Source of the DNA: the human T2T-CHM13v2.0 reference genome, Homo sapiens
Reading direction: 5' to 3' (one strand)
Length of the DNA stretch: 64,000 nt
Assembly: GCF_009914755.1 (NCBI RefSeq)
Contig: NC_060927.1
The notes beneath the pieces were generated by a model. The model was not told where the DNA came from. It saw only the letters and a program-made list of their open reading frames with translations, and searched no databases. The position numbers were made by a program, and so were the translations under genes. Below, piece by piece: positions 42,358 to 55,679 of the stretch. Every line of letters begins with the position of its first letter. Position 1 is the first letter of the stretch.

Positions 42358-43239
42358 TTACGTCTGCCTTGAATCTGCTGAGTTTAATAAATACATGTTG
42401 CATGAACTGTCTGGGACCTGCTTGCTCATAACAGTTGCCTACTAAATGTCTTTGTGGGGGCAGAATTCTGTCCACAACTTGCTTTCATGTGAACCTGGTA
42501 GCAAGACTAGGGGAAGCGGCAGGTCCTCATTCACTGCTAATTGTTGGCTAACACCGCTGGCCACCAAGGAGAGCCTGGAGTTGTGCATTTCAGATTGGCT
42601 TAGGTCTTTTTGCAATAATGGCTCAAGGAGTCACTGGGCCTTTAACCAGATCTCCTCACTCCCGGCCACTGCTCTGTCTATGTCATTTGGGAGGGAACAA
42701 AATGCAGCTTACCACCTCCCGGCAGGCATCTTCCCTCCAGCCCCTGGACTTGGCCCCTGGCCAGAAGCTGTCAGCCTGGTGCACAGGATAGTTCAGGGAG
42801 AGTAGACAAGGGTGGGGAATGCCTCGGGCTTCCTAAATTTCATTAGAGTTATGCCATGCATTCCTTTTTTGGGGGTTTCTGTGGGCACCAAAAGGCTTTC
42901 TAGAGCTGGCTCACATGACCCAAACCCCAGGCCCAGGCAGCCTTCTGTCTTCCATAGGTGGTCTAGAGATTTCCTGCCTTCTGAAGCTTGTCTGGGAGGC
43001 AGGAAGACCACGGCGGAGGAGAAAGGAGCACTTCTACACACCTCCTCACTGACACCCCTGCCTGCCTTTGTCAGACCTTCGGAGGAGGCACTCCATGGAG
43101 AAAGGGCTCCAGCTGACACTCTGAGTTGTGCAGCGTGGGGTGGGGTCCGGAAGATGTACTATTCCAGGAAACGATTCTACTCCAAGATGGGGGGGCCAGC
43201 AGAATCGCCCAGGCCAGGCTGTGGCAGATGAGCCGTCCC

Positions 43240-43675
43240 TCTTACAGGCAGGTGAATCGGGAGCTGTCCCTCTGCCTGGAATACTCCCCTAAGGCCCTCC
43301 AAGCTGCATGGAAAATGTCACCTGCTGCAGCTGACTCATCTGGGCCTGAACTCTGGATGGGCTGGACGGCTGCCCTTAGGTTCCTTTGACTGGAAGGACA
43401 CTGGGAGAGGTGCCTGGGCCTCCCTTGGTGATGTCCCTTGTCCCTTTGCATGGACACTACCAGGAGGCCCTCTGTCCCCTCCTCAGGTGGTCCCAGGCAT
43501 AGCCAGTCCAGCTGCCCACAGGAACGACCCTGATTGCAACCTTTATGCTGGCTTTCCTCCTGCCTGGTCTCACCTCCCCACTCCTCCCCTGCTGCTCCCC
43601 GGGTTCGCTCCCAAATAAACTCCCGCACCTAGGTCTCTGCTCCAGGCTCTGCTCTCAGGGGAGCTCAAGATGAGC
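43240..43675 (+). mobile_element. Old ERVL LTR (LTR16-like)
   Basis: 3' end cccaaataaactcccgcacctaggtctctgctccaggctctgctctcagggg. Confidence 0.55.
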
Positions 43676-43901
43676 CTCCACAGGGAGGTCTTCCCTGACC
43701 ACTTAGAGGAGGCTGGGTCACCCTGTTGGACACTCTAGCCACTCCCTGCACTTCCCGTTCTCAGCACTTAATGGCCTTGTGATTAAGAAACTTTTGGTAT
43801 AGTTATTTATTCCTATCTCACTCCTGACTAGGCTATAAACTCCCCAGGCAGAGAAGAGTCTGTCCTCTGAACCACTTTTGCTCAGAGTGCATAGTAGGTG
43901 C

Positions 43902-44722
43902 TGAGAACTAAAAATCAAATCCTAAGCCCCACAACGGACTGAACAGACCCACTCTTGGCCAAGGGGACCCAGGAGAAACCTTAAAAACCAAGTTCCTGGC
44001 CATGATGGGACAGGAGGCCAAACACATCTCAGTATGCCCCTTACTTACTGACTTTTAACCAGAATTCCTTCGTAAGGAGTAAGCAGATTTGGAAAACAAG
44101 AAACAGACGACTCATTCCTTTATTACCTTCAGCCAATCGTGACCATGCCAATGAGGCCATGACCAGACTCCCTCTTCCCCTTTGCAGTTTTGACATGACA
44201 GCTCACCAGCTTCATAATGGTATCCCTTCCTAAAAACTGACCACCCTCCAGCTTTAAAAAAAAAAAAAAGAAAGAAAAAAAAAAAGAAAAGAAACGGCCA
44301 GTGACCATCTCTGGGCCAGTTTTGGCCACCCTCTGGAGGATGTGCGTGAGGGTTTTCACGTCCTTTGCTTCACCTTTTGATGTCTGAGGACCAAAAATTC
44401 CACCCTTGAGGATCATACTAACCCTGGTATTGTTTGGACATGCAACCCAAGAAGAGGCATGAAGCTGGACCACGCATGTGCATGTTTCTCCTTTCATCAG
44501 TATTCATGGCTCCTCCGGTCGCCGGTTACGTGTGTATATTCAGCCGTCTCACTCAGCATAAGTTCCTGTTCCCTTTACCCTTCCCTCAAACTGCTTGCTC
44601 TCTGCAGAGCCAGAGGCCATGCTGCCCAGCCTATGGGATGGCTGGCCTGCAGGCTGCCTCTGTTTATGATAAATAAAGATCTCCTTTCCACATGTGTGAA
44701 CCTCATCATTCTTCAGTTGACA
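43902..44722 (+). mobile_element. MER50 (ERV1) solo LTR inserted in an L2 3' end
   Basis: Starts tgagaactaaaaatcaaatcctaagcccc...cttggccaaggggaccc and ends cttcagttgaca. TSD GTGC/GTGC. The host reads catagtaggtgc|ttaagaatatt...tgaatgaatg. Confidence 0.88.
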
Positions 44723-45822
44723 GTGCTTAAGAATATTCCTTGGATGAATGAATGATGGATGGGAAACAGAGTGGACACAGTTGTTATCGCTTTCCACCTC
44801 TGCCACATTGGCGAAGCCGCTGAAAGTCTCCCTGGTAAGTTTCCTTCCGTCCCAGGCCACAATGAAGTTTGAAGGAGACCATGAGCCCTTAAATTTCCTA
44901 AAGGACTGAGCAGAAGAAAATGATGACTGCCATGCCCAAAGAAGTTCTGAGGTCTTCTCAGACCTGCCTGTGTGAGGTTGGGGGAGCAAGAATTAGCATT
45001 TATTGAGCACCTACTACTTGCTAAGCACTTGATTGATATCATGAGATGTCAATGTGTTAACTCACGTCCTACTCCACTCCCTAAAGCCTGGTGAAGAACT
45101 ATGAGAGGGAAGTCTTGGCTCTGCTCACTCTGCTGGGGCATTCATTATTCGGTCAATAAACCATGTCAGGCCCATCTTTATCTCTAACAGCAATAATAGA
45201 AGACAACACTTACTGGGCACAAACACAGTGCCCTAGTAATGCTTAGAGGTAAACACTGTTGTTACTTTGTTATTGAGGATCAAAGGGATTGCCCAATGGC
45301 ACGCATATTTAAAAGAACAAGACTGAGATCAAGCCCAGGTCTGTCTGACACCAAAGCCCAGACGCCTTGCCTTTCCCTGGAGCAGGCCTCCTTTGCCAGG
45401 TTTCCTGATGGCTGGAGGAGCCAGGAATCCTGATGGTTTCCTGAAACCCAGCCCCGCTCCCAGTCCTCATCCTTAGGTCCACGTGCAGACAGCCTGCAGA
45501 ATAAGCACACACCAACTTTGCATTAATGGCAGTGAGTTGTCAAAATGCCCTGGAGCCAGAATTTTCCTGCCATGGCAACTATAGAGCACAATGGCAAGCC
45601 AGGAAACCATAGGGTGTGGGAAGCAGATCCTGGGCCAGAGGGTGGGCTGGGAATTGGGCCCCCAGGGTCCCATATCACCGTCAGAGAAACCCCGCAAGGT
45701 TGGCATAATTATCCTCATCTTACAGAGGAGGAAAGTGAGGTCCACAGAGAGGAAGTGACTTGCTCAGGTTCACATGGCCGGTCTATGACTGCATTGGACG
45801 CAACAGATTAAATCTTTTCAGT

Positions 45823-46177
<355 letters not shown>

Positions 46178-46349
46178 TTACTGAAATTCAGTTCTATTGC
46201 TGTAACTGATTAAAGCTCAATGATATTGCTGTGATTGGTAGACAGCAAAATTGAAGAATAGAGAATTCTTAACCATTGTCACCCACCCAGATGATGTCTG
46301 CATCCTACTACTTAAGAATTTTTGTTAGCCTCCAGTCATTTTATTTTTT

Positions 46350-47790
46350 CACATCTGTTATCTCAGTGCTATCCAACCACTCCATAAAATGGATTCCAGT
46401 CATATCTGTAGTTTACAGATAAGGAAATGGAGGCCCAAAACTTAAGCAGTTTCCCAAGTTAACACAGCCAGGAAATGGTAGAGGTGGGATTTGAACCCAG
46501 CCTGAATCCTGGGCCCATTCTCTTAACTACTGCACTTAACCAGGCTCTGTTCAGTGCTTTGCAATCATTACTCCATTTAATCCTCACAATAATCTTCTAA
46601 TACTTGTGCTTTGATTATCCCATTTAAAGTTAAAGCGACAGAAACTCAGAGAGGGGAAGGCATGGTTCAGGGCTCTCAGCAAACAATATCTGGCCACGAG
46701 GAAAGTCCCAGAGACAAAGGCCACCAGGAAATTCCAAAGTCATTTCGCATGGGAGAACAACAGCCATGTTCTTCCATCACATGTGCTGAGCTTGTCGCCT
46801 TGCTCTGGGGCTGGACAGGAGGTGAATTATGGGGATGCCTATGGAAACTGCCCGGCTTGCCCAGGATCTGGGATTGGGGGAGCTTCAGTAACTTAGCAGG
46901 TCAATGAGTTGTGGCTGGTGACTTCTCAGCCATCAGCCAGACCGGGGAAATGACTTTTCGCCATCCTCCCATTGTTGTCCCGTTGGATCCTTGAAATCTC
47001 CCAATAGAAATGACTCTGCATTTTGCAGAGGAAGAAACTGAGGCTCAGTGGGTGAAAACGACTCACTCAAGGCCACACAGCTAGTTGATGAGGAAGCAGG
47101 GATCTCAACCCATGCTTGTCCAGTGAGCCCACTCCATCCTCTGCTCCAGACACCCCAAATCTTGAGGCCCCATTCTAGCGGGTCTCCCGAGGTCTTGAAA
47201 AGTCCATGAAAACATGGCAGTTACCTACTTAGGGCCTTTCTCTTGTTCTTGTCGCTCAGCCTTCCGCAGGCTCAGCACCAGGCTGGGGCTCCACTCCAAG
47301 GCCGTGTGACCACCAAGGCCCAGCTCCATGACCTCTGCACCACATAAGCCTTGCCCTTTTCCTGGCCTCTGTTTCTGAGATAGGAGCCCAGGGAAATCTA
47401 TGCAGACAGACAAGGCCAGATGCCAGAGACCTGAAAGGCATGAGGCTCTTGCCAAGGAAAATTTCAAACTTCATAGGAAGAAAATGGCCTCCCACACACC
47501 CCAACCCCGACTCTCACTTCCCTACCTTTGCTTCTGCCAGAGCTGCCCCCGTCTTCAAGCCACTCTAGGCTGTAAATCCAAATTTATAACCAAGAATGAT
47601 GTATTAAGTATCCACTGCATGCCAGGAAATGTGTTCCCCAACACCATTGTAAGACAGACGCTATTATCATCTTCAGTTTACAGAGGGGGAAACTGAGGCT
47701 CAGAGACGTGGTCACTTGTCCAAGGTGACACAGCTACAAAAGGTCTGAGCCAAGATTTGAACCCAGATCCGTTTGAATTTCTGCAGCTTT
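46350..47790 (-). mobile_element. Cluster of MIR fragments (about 46350-46680, 47020-47150, 47600-47790)
   Basis: Repeated tttacaga..aggaaactgaggctcagag...caaggtcacacagct motifs. Confidence 0.7.
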
Positions 47791-48079
47791 TCTATTGCAG
47801 TAAAAAGATAGAAATAAAGGAAATCACTCCTGGAATGATATCTTGGGGCTGGTAGACTTCTAGCATCTTTGCAAGGCTACCTGAGAAATACTTAACCCTA
47901 TATTGTGTTTTCTGGCATGTCAGACCTTGGTACAAACAGATTGTTTCTTGTGAATTATGTTTTTCTCTTTTATGAACATTCGTAAATCCATCTCACTTCA
48001 TAATAGACAAGTCTTTGACACCTTGGAAGTAAATTGTATTATATACTCTTGGGGGATTGTATACATAGAAAAACTGTAA

Positions 48080-48300
48080 GTTTGGGCAACATGGCAAAAC
48101 CCCATCTCTACTAAAAGTACAGAAAATTAGCCGGGCTTGGTGGTGCTTGCCTGTGGTCCCAGCTACTCAGTAGGCTAAGAGTGGGAGGATCACGTGAGCC
48201 CAGGAAGTCAAGGCTGCAGTGAGCCGTGATTGCACCACTGCACTCCAGCCTGGGTAACAGGAGTGAGACCCCATCTGAAAAAAAGAAAAGAAAAGAAAAA
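48080..48300 (+). mobile_element. 5'-truncated AluJ
   Basis: tgggcaacatggcaaaacccc...gagcccaggaagtcaaggctgcagtgagcc, A-rich tail. Confidence 0.88.
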
Positions 48301-48599
48301 CTGTAGAAATCCTTTTAGGAAGTAAAGGATTAACTTGTTCACATCTGATTAAGAGATACGGTGAGATATGGAGAGGGGGAGATAAACAGCCCCAACTGGC
48401 CAGAGAAGTAGAAGACTTGATTTGGCCTTAGTTCTGACCTGACAAACCTGTGTGACTTTGGACTAGTCAGTTTCCTTCTCTGGGCCTCATGTGCAAAATA
48501 AGAAAGTTTAGACAGATGATCTCTAAGTTTCCCTCCATTCATCCCTGACATCGTGTTTACTGAAATTCAATATTCCCTACATCTTATGCTTAAACTAAA

Positions 48600-49400
48600 T
48601 TGGCTCTTGTCCATCAGTGGGAAACTGTATAAACAAATTGTGGTATAGTCATATAATCCAATACTATTCAGCAATTAAAAAAAATGGTTACTGAAAAATG
48701 CAACACCGTGGATGAATTTCAAGTAACGTTATCGATGAGTGAAAGAAACTAGACACAGGCTGCGCATGGTGGCTCACGCCTGTAGTCCCAGCACTTTGGG
48801 AGGCTGAGGCAGGCAAATCACTTGAGCCCAGGAGTTTGAAACCGGCTTGGACAATGTGGTGAAACCTTGCCTCTACAAAAAAACAAAAAGCAAAAATTAG
48901 CCAGGTGTGGTGGCACATGCCTATGGTCCTAGCTACTCGGGAGGCTGAGGTAGGAGGATCGCCTGAGCCTGGGAGGTCAAGGCTGCAGTGAACTATGATC
49001 AGGGCACTGCATCCAGCCTGGGCAACAGAGTGAGACCCTGTCTCTAAATAAGTACATACATACATACATACATACATACATACATACATACATACATAAA
49101 CAAATTAGACACAAAAGACTTTAGACTATGATCCCATTACACAAAGTTCAAAAACAGGCAAAACTGAATTGGAGTGATAAAAGCCAGATGGCAGTTGCTT
49201 TGTAGTAGGTGGTGGGTAATGGCTATTTACTACGAAGTTGCACAGGGAACTTTCTGGGGAGATGGAAATGTTCTACTCCTTGATCTTGGCAGGGGTTACA
49301 GCAGTATAAACAGAGGTAAAAATTCATCAAGCCATACACCTAAGATTTACTCATTTCATTGTACTGTAATCATAATTCAATAGGATACTATGAATATACA
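48600..49400 (+). mobile_element. Old L1 (L1ME/MC-like) 3' fragment hosting an Alu
   Basis: gtccatcagtgggaaactgtataaacaaattgtggtata...aagttcaaaaacaggcaaaact...ttctggggagatggaaatgttct. Confidence 0.75.
48758..49100 (+). mobile_element. AluJ with (ATAC)n tail
   Basis: Dimer whose tail has become (CATA)n at about 49053-49097. TSD-like aaa[c/t]tagacaca. Confidence 0.93.
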
Positions 49401-50140
49401 ATTATATATAAATCCTTATAGATATGTAAATGTTTATATGTTTGTACGTGTATGTGTGTGTGTTGCTTCCAGAACTACGCACAAAAAAAACCATTAGGAA
49501 GTATCCAAATGCCAAGTTTTCACAAAACAATTAACGAAGTCTATCCCCTGGGTGTGATCATGCTCTAAAAGGAAGAAAAATGATCTGATCCCTCCTGATA
49601 AGAACTGGTTTTGATGTGACCAAGCTTTGGAAAATGCCACCTTGTCCAAGAGACAGGAGAAAAGCACGCTTCCGGTGGGAGGACGTCTGTTTACAGCTCG
49701 GGGAAGCTATGACAGCACAATGTGGTGTGGACACATGCGGGAACGTGGCTGGCTGCCCCCACGGGCTGCCAGAGCTATTTTCCAGATATGGCAGCATCCC
49801 CACCAAGCCCTGCCCATCTCAGCACAGCCAAAAGCCCAGACGGGGAGCCTGCATGTCTGGCCTCGAGCCCTGACCAGCCTCCGGCCTCCAAGCGCCTCCT
49901 GAGGCATCTGCCCTTCACCCCCAGGCCACGCCCCACCCTGTGTCCACTACATTCTTGTCCCACCAGCCCCTTTGAAGTCTGCATCTCTGACAGCAGGTTC
50001 CAAGTAAAGCTCCTCACCAACCCTTCAGGATTCCAAAGAAAGGACAGAGCTTACTGGCAAAGGCCCACCCCCAAAGGCCAGGTCATCTTTCTAAGAAAGG
50101 AGCAGCTGAATGGGGCACAAAGAGGGCGCTCATCTAATAG

Positions 50141-52038
50141 TGATGACCGTGGCGGGCCGTACGGAGCAGCCACTGCTATCACGCTGGCTGCAGGAGCAGC
50201 TGCTAGAGCAGCGGTGGTGTGCCCTGTGTCCCCAAAGCAGCCGACTGTGCCACCTGCACCCTCACACAGCTGGACAGGACCTGCTCCCAGGCCTGGAGCC
50301 TCCACCACGGCCTCAACCTCACTCTCTGCCGCATCTCGGGAGCCTGTGAGCACCCAGTGGAAGGCGCAGCCGGGACTCGTGAAGCCGGCCCCAAATGCAT
50401 TGGGTTCATTTGTGCAGGGTTGGCCAGGGCCACCGTACCACCTGCACCTCGCCCACCACCACCCATGGGAAAATGTGGAGAGGAGGCAGGCAGTCCCCAG
50501 AGCCTGCCTCCAGGAGCCTCCCGGAGCCCGCCACCCTGGGAGCTGCCACAATGGAGCTAGTCTGAGTGACCTACTGGCAGGGAAGCAGTGTGGTTGGGCA
50601 CTGAGGGGTGGACAGAGAGGGCAGAGCTGGGCCTGGGGCAGTGCTGCTACTCCACGGAGCCATAGGGAGCCGAGAGCAGGCAGGAGCACTGCCCTCCTGG
50701 GCGCAGCTGCACACTCCCAGCAACGCCTGCAAGCCCAGGCATCTCTGCACTCTCTGTCACCCCTGTCCCTGCAGGCTCAGAGATGTCTGCTCCCACTGTC
50801 TACTCCCAGTGCCCCACTCTGATCTCAGAATAAGTATGGGGCTGAGCTAGGGCACTGTTGCAGCCCATCCGGGCTTGTTCACCTTGGAACAAACAGCCTG
50901 GGCACTATGAATGGCAGCAGGAGGCGGACAGGCTCCAGTGTCAAGGGGGTGGGTCCCTGGTGAAGCCCCACCCTCAAGCTGGTAGGGCCTGATGCCTGGA
51001 GGCCAGACTTCCAGTCCTGTGGACTGGAGTGGGAACTTGTGGTGCCTTTTCTGGACCCACCTGTGGCCTCCCATGTACCAACCTGCACGCACATCCTCCC
51101 CTCTGAGGCCCATAGAAAGCCTTGGACTCAGCCAGACCCAGGAGACAACAGTACAGCCAGCTGCAGAGAGGAGCTACTCACCCCAGGATCCCCTCTGCTG
51201 ACAGTTGAACACTTGTTGGGATGAGCTGCCTGCAAAGAACAGCTACCCTCTCTGCTGAGAGCTGAACACTTGTCTGGACAACCTACCTGCAGAGAGCAGC
51301 TACTCTCTCTGCTAGGAGCTGAACACTCTTCAGGACACCCTGGCTATAGGGAGGAGCTACCCACTGCAGGTCTCCTCTGAGTGGGTCTCCTCTGAGCTGT
51401 TCCATCACTCAATAAAACTCCTTTTCATCTTGCTCCTCCACTTGTCTGCGTACCTCATTCTTCTTGGACACAAGACAAGAACTTGGGACCCGCCAAATGG
51501 CAGGGCAAGAAGAGCTGTAACACAAACAGGGCTGAAACATGCCTCTTGCTCATCACATTGTGGGTGACCAGAAGGAGAGAAAAGCTGTGACCCTTTGGGG
51601 AGCCTAGACCTAGGAGCTCCCTGAGCCAGGGCTGTGACCCCCTTTTTAGGGCTCTGAGGTTCCTGGTGTCTCCAAGCTTCCAGCCACCACCACTGCATTC
51701 CCCAGTGTCAGCCATGGAAGCTGCTTATGGTATGCCTGGTCCAGCTGCAGCCTCACAGGGACCCTGCACCTATGCCAGCATCTGGAGTTGCCTGCCCCAC
51801 CACAGTGGCTATGCCTGGCTGTGCACAGTGGCCAGACCCCACACTCGCTCACACACCCCTCACCGTTCCACACCTGGCTCACCCTTGAGATGCAGGCCAG
51901 TAGTGCGAGCCAAGTGCAGCCCTCCAGGCTCAGGGGGCAAAGCAAGCCAAATGGGCCAGAGCAAAATGCAGGCAAAGGCGCCACACTGGCCACAGAGGTT
52001 TCCAGCCGGCGAAGCGACACCCTAAGAATCCCGTAACA
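50141..52038 (+). mobile_element. MER52 (A/D-like, ERV1) long solo LTR
   Basis: Starts tgatgaccgtggcgggccg...gctatcacgctggctgcagg. Contains gagagctgaacact repeats and cactcaataaaactcc. Ends cacagaggtttccagcc...atcccgtaaca. TSD ATAG/ATAG. Confidence 0.87.
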
Positions 52039-52308
52039 ATAGCTATGTCTATTTCTTAGGAAGCAATTAAGCCTCTGTGGTACAGTTCCTGGAACTGGGG
52101 CCTGAAACTGACAGGATAAGGGATTCCTCCCCAGAGACTAAAAGGGTCCATTAGGATCTAGAAGCAGGAGAAGCCTGCCCCTCTAGTGTGAATGGTGAAC
52201 CTATGAAAGTGGAATCACTTCAGAAAAGAAAAAGGAGGGGAAGCTAACATTTATCAAGGGCCCACTATCTGCTGCTAAACACAATATATGACAGGCTTTC
52301 AGTCCTCC

Positions 52309-53765
52309 TGAGAGGTGACAGCGTGCTTGCAGCCCTCGTAGCCCTCGCTCGCTCTTGGTGCCTCCTCAGCCTCGGCACCCATTCTGGCAGCGCTTGAGGA
52401 GCCCTTCAGCCTGCCGCTGCACTGTGGGAGCCCCTTCCTGGCATGGCTGAGGCCGGAGCCGACTCCCTCAACCTGCGGGGAGGTGCAGCGGGACAGGAGA
52501 GAGAGGCACGGGCGGGAACCGGGGCTGCGCGCTGCGCTTGTGGGTCAGCTAGAGTTCCGGGTGGGCGTGGGCTTGGCGGGCCCTGCACTCGGACAGGCCC
52601 GCCGGCCCCAGGCAGTGAGGGGCTTAGCACCCGGGCCAGCAGCTGCGGAGGGTGCGCTGGGTCCCCCAGCAGTGCAGACCCACCGCTGCTGCGCTCGATT
52701 TCTCACCGACCCTTAGCTGCCTCCCCGCGGGGCAGGGCTCGGGACCTGCAGCCTTTCATGCCTGAACCTCCCCTACGAGCGCCGCCCCCTGCTCCAGGGC
52801 ACCAGGTCCCATCACCACCCAAGGGCTGAGGAGTGCAGACGCCCCAGGGCAGGACTGGCAGGCAGCTCCACCTGCGGCCCCTGTGTGGGATCCACTGGAT
52901 GAAGCCAGCTGGGCTCCTGAGTCTGGTGGGGGCTTGGAGAACCTTTGTGTCAAGCTAGGGTATTGTAAATACACAAATCACCACCCTGTACCTAGCTCAA
53001 GGTTTGTAAACACACCAATCAGCACCCTGTGTCTAGCTCAGGGTTTGTGGATGCACCAATCGGCACTCTGTATCTAGCTAATCTGGTGGGGACTTGGAGA
53101 ATCTTTGTGTCTAGCTCAGGGTTTGTAAATACACCAATTCACATTGTGTATCTGGCTAATCTAGTAGGGAAGTGGAGAACTTTTGTGTCTAGCTGAGGGA
53201 TTGTAAACGCACCAATCAGCACCCTGTCAAAACGGACCAATCAGCTCTCTGTAAAACAGACCAATCGGCTCTCTGTAAAATGGACCAATCAGCAGGATGT
53301 GGGTGGGGCCAGATAAGAGAAAAAAGCAGGCAGCCTGAGCCGGCAGTCGCAACCTGCTTGGGTCTTCTTTCACGCTGTAGAAGCTTTGTTGTTATACTCT
53401 CTACAGTAAATCTTGCAAGTGCTAAGTCTTTGGGTCCGCACTGCGTTTATGAGCTGTAACATTCACTGTGAAAGTCTGCAGCTTCACTCCTGCAGCCAGG
53501 GAGACCACGAACCTGCAAGGAAGAAGGAACAACTCCAGATGCGCCGCCTTAAAAGCTGTAATACTCGCTGTGAAGGTCTGCAGCTTCATTCCTGAGCCAG
53601 CGAAACCACTGAACCCACCAGAAGGAAGAAACTCCAAACACATCTGAATATCTGAAGGAACAAACTCCGGACACGCTGCCTTTAAGAACTGTAACAGTCA
53701 CCGTGAGCGTCCGTGATTTCATTCTGGAAGTCAGTGAGACCAAGAACCCACCAATTCTGGACACA
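52309..53765 (+). mobile_element. LTR12C (ERV9) solo LTR
   Basis: Runs from tgagaggtgacagcgtgc to aagaacccaccaattctggacaca, with a CCAAT repeat array. TSD-like CTCC/CTTC. Confidence 0.96.
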
Positions 53766-55059
53766 CTTCTAGTAACCATTCTGAGCAGGCATCATAGTTT
53801 ATCCATGTTCTCAGCAGGAAGCTGAGGCTCAGAAAGGAAGAGCAACTGGAGCGAGATCACACAGCCCACAAATGGCAGAGCTGGATTCAAACACAGGTCT
53901 GTCTGACTCCAAAGTCAGCATTCTTTCCTTCCATGAAGTACAGTCGGCTTTTAGCAGGAGATAGTGACATCCCAGGGACATTTCTAACTCAGTTTCTGGA
54001 AAGCCCCATCCAAAACCGACTAATGTGTTGGATAGACCAGGTAATGCCCAGTGGCCAATTCTCAAGTTGCACGTAGTAGACAGGGAAAGGGTGTAGGCCG
54101 GTGACCAAATCTCCCTTGAGATACATGGTCTGGCTCAGGATAGGTGTGCACAAACATTTCCAGGTGCATGGAAGTAAGGCAGAATGATAGGCAAGCTGGT
54201 GACACCAGATGGTAGGCAGCCATTGTCCCAAGTCCCTGAGGGCCTCCCACCACTACCCCAACCACCTTCCTTGGTCACCCCAAACTTCCTTATGATCCAG
54301 GAACTAAAGGGAGCTTCCAGGCCTCAGCTGCTCTGCCAGCCTCTGGCTCTTAAGTATGTTTGCTATTGCTCCTGCTGAGACACATAGACTAGATTCTCAG
54401 CCTGCTCTGGGTCCAACCCTGTTCGATCTACAGTAGGCAGGACACATGCATTTGTGTTCCTAAGTCGTCTTTCTCATGCAGCTGAAATAGAGTTACTATT
54501 TCTTCACTGCGTATTTTGTGAACTCAACGTAAGTTCTGGGCAGTGGGTATTTTACCTCCTGTAGGAGTCGCCGTTGGGGCTGCAGAACTAAGCCAGTGTG
54601 CCTAGCCTCCAGCTGTGTAATAGCTCGCAGCTGTCCCCATTCTCCTGTCTCTGTTAACAGGAGCATACACGGTTGGGAGCCTCCAAGAGCATCCCATATT
54701 AATGACTGACATGGGGGTGCAAAAGGTTGCCCGTATCTCAGCTGGGGCAGGAACAATTTAATGGGGTATGACCAATTCTATAGCCCCCAGTGGGTCAGAC
54801 CAAAGCCAAACTTACTTGAGGCTGCTTCAGTGCTCAGCCAACTACCCTTCCATATCCTGCTTTCCCACCCACACGTTCCCGTAAAGAGCAGCCTTCCAAT
54901 AACTGACGTGTACCCAAAGCCTTAAGGTGCCTCCGCTCCATTTTACAGATGTGGAATCTGAGGCTTGCATAGGATGTCCTCCAGCTTGGTCTGTCCCTAA
55001 AATTCAAGCCCTTTCTGTTCCTTCATCCTGCCTGGATGGAATAGAAAGCAGACAGTTTG

Positions 55060-55470
55060 GGAGCGGAAACCCCACATCGCCGCAGGGATGGGCAGCTTTT
55101 CTTCCCACAGCTGCAGCCGACCTCCCTGGGCAGAGCAGGCGCCTCTCGCCTCCTCCCCCGCAGTGAGTCATCACCCACGCTGAGCGAGGAGAAAGTCTGA
55201 GCGGGCGCTGGGCTGGCGGTAACACTCCAAATGAGATTTAACAGAAGCCTCCGTCGCGCTCTGCTTAGGAAAGCAGGGGCTGTGGCTGTGGGGGAGGCTC
55301 TTCACTCCTGGACCCCGGGGGCTGGGGACGGTTGGGGGAAGAGGGGTGCCAAGGGTGCCCTGCCTCCAGCTGAGCCTCTCCTCAGAGACAAGCTTTCCAA
55401 GGTGTTGCAGGAAGGAGGAGGCAGATGAGAAAGCCCAGACACTGGGGGCTAAGCTGACTCAGCCACCAAA
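55060..55470. promoter_or_regulatory. Candidate enhancer: CpG-enriched non-repeat patch with two AP-1 sites
   Basis: TGAGTCA at 55164-55170 and GCTGACTCAGC (MARE/NF-E2-like) at about 55453-55463. Confidence 0.4.
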
Positions 55471-55679
55471 GCAGCAGAGCTGAGCTGAGGGAGCCACAGT
55501 GTGCCCGGAACACATGGCAATACTGAGCCAGGTCCTCCTGCAACCTGTTTCAACACCTCCCATGGCTCCCCAGGGCCCTAAAACACTAGAGTCAAACGCT
55601 TTAGCCCTGAAATCCTGGCTCTTCTCATTGGGCTCCAGACACTGTCCCTTAAGTCATCACATCTGCCCCTCACTTTTTA

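Noticed and set aside
49722-50822. Longest ORF (366 aa, +) and the antisense 212-aa ORF at 50051-50689
   Set aside because: More than half lies in the GC-rich U3 of the MER52 LTR, which starts at 50141. It begins at GTG rather than ATG, has low-complexity P/A/S/G composition and shows no recognisable domain. Long open frames on both strands are expected in stop-poor GC-rich DNA.
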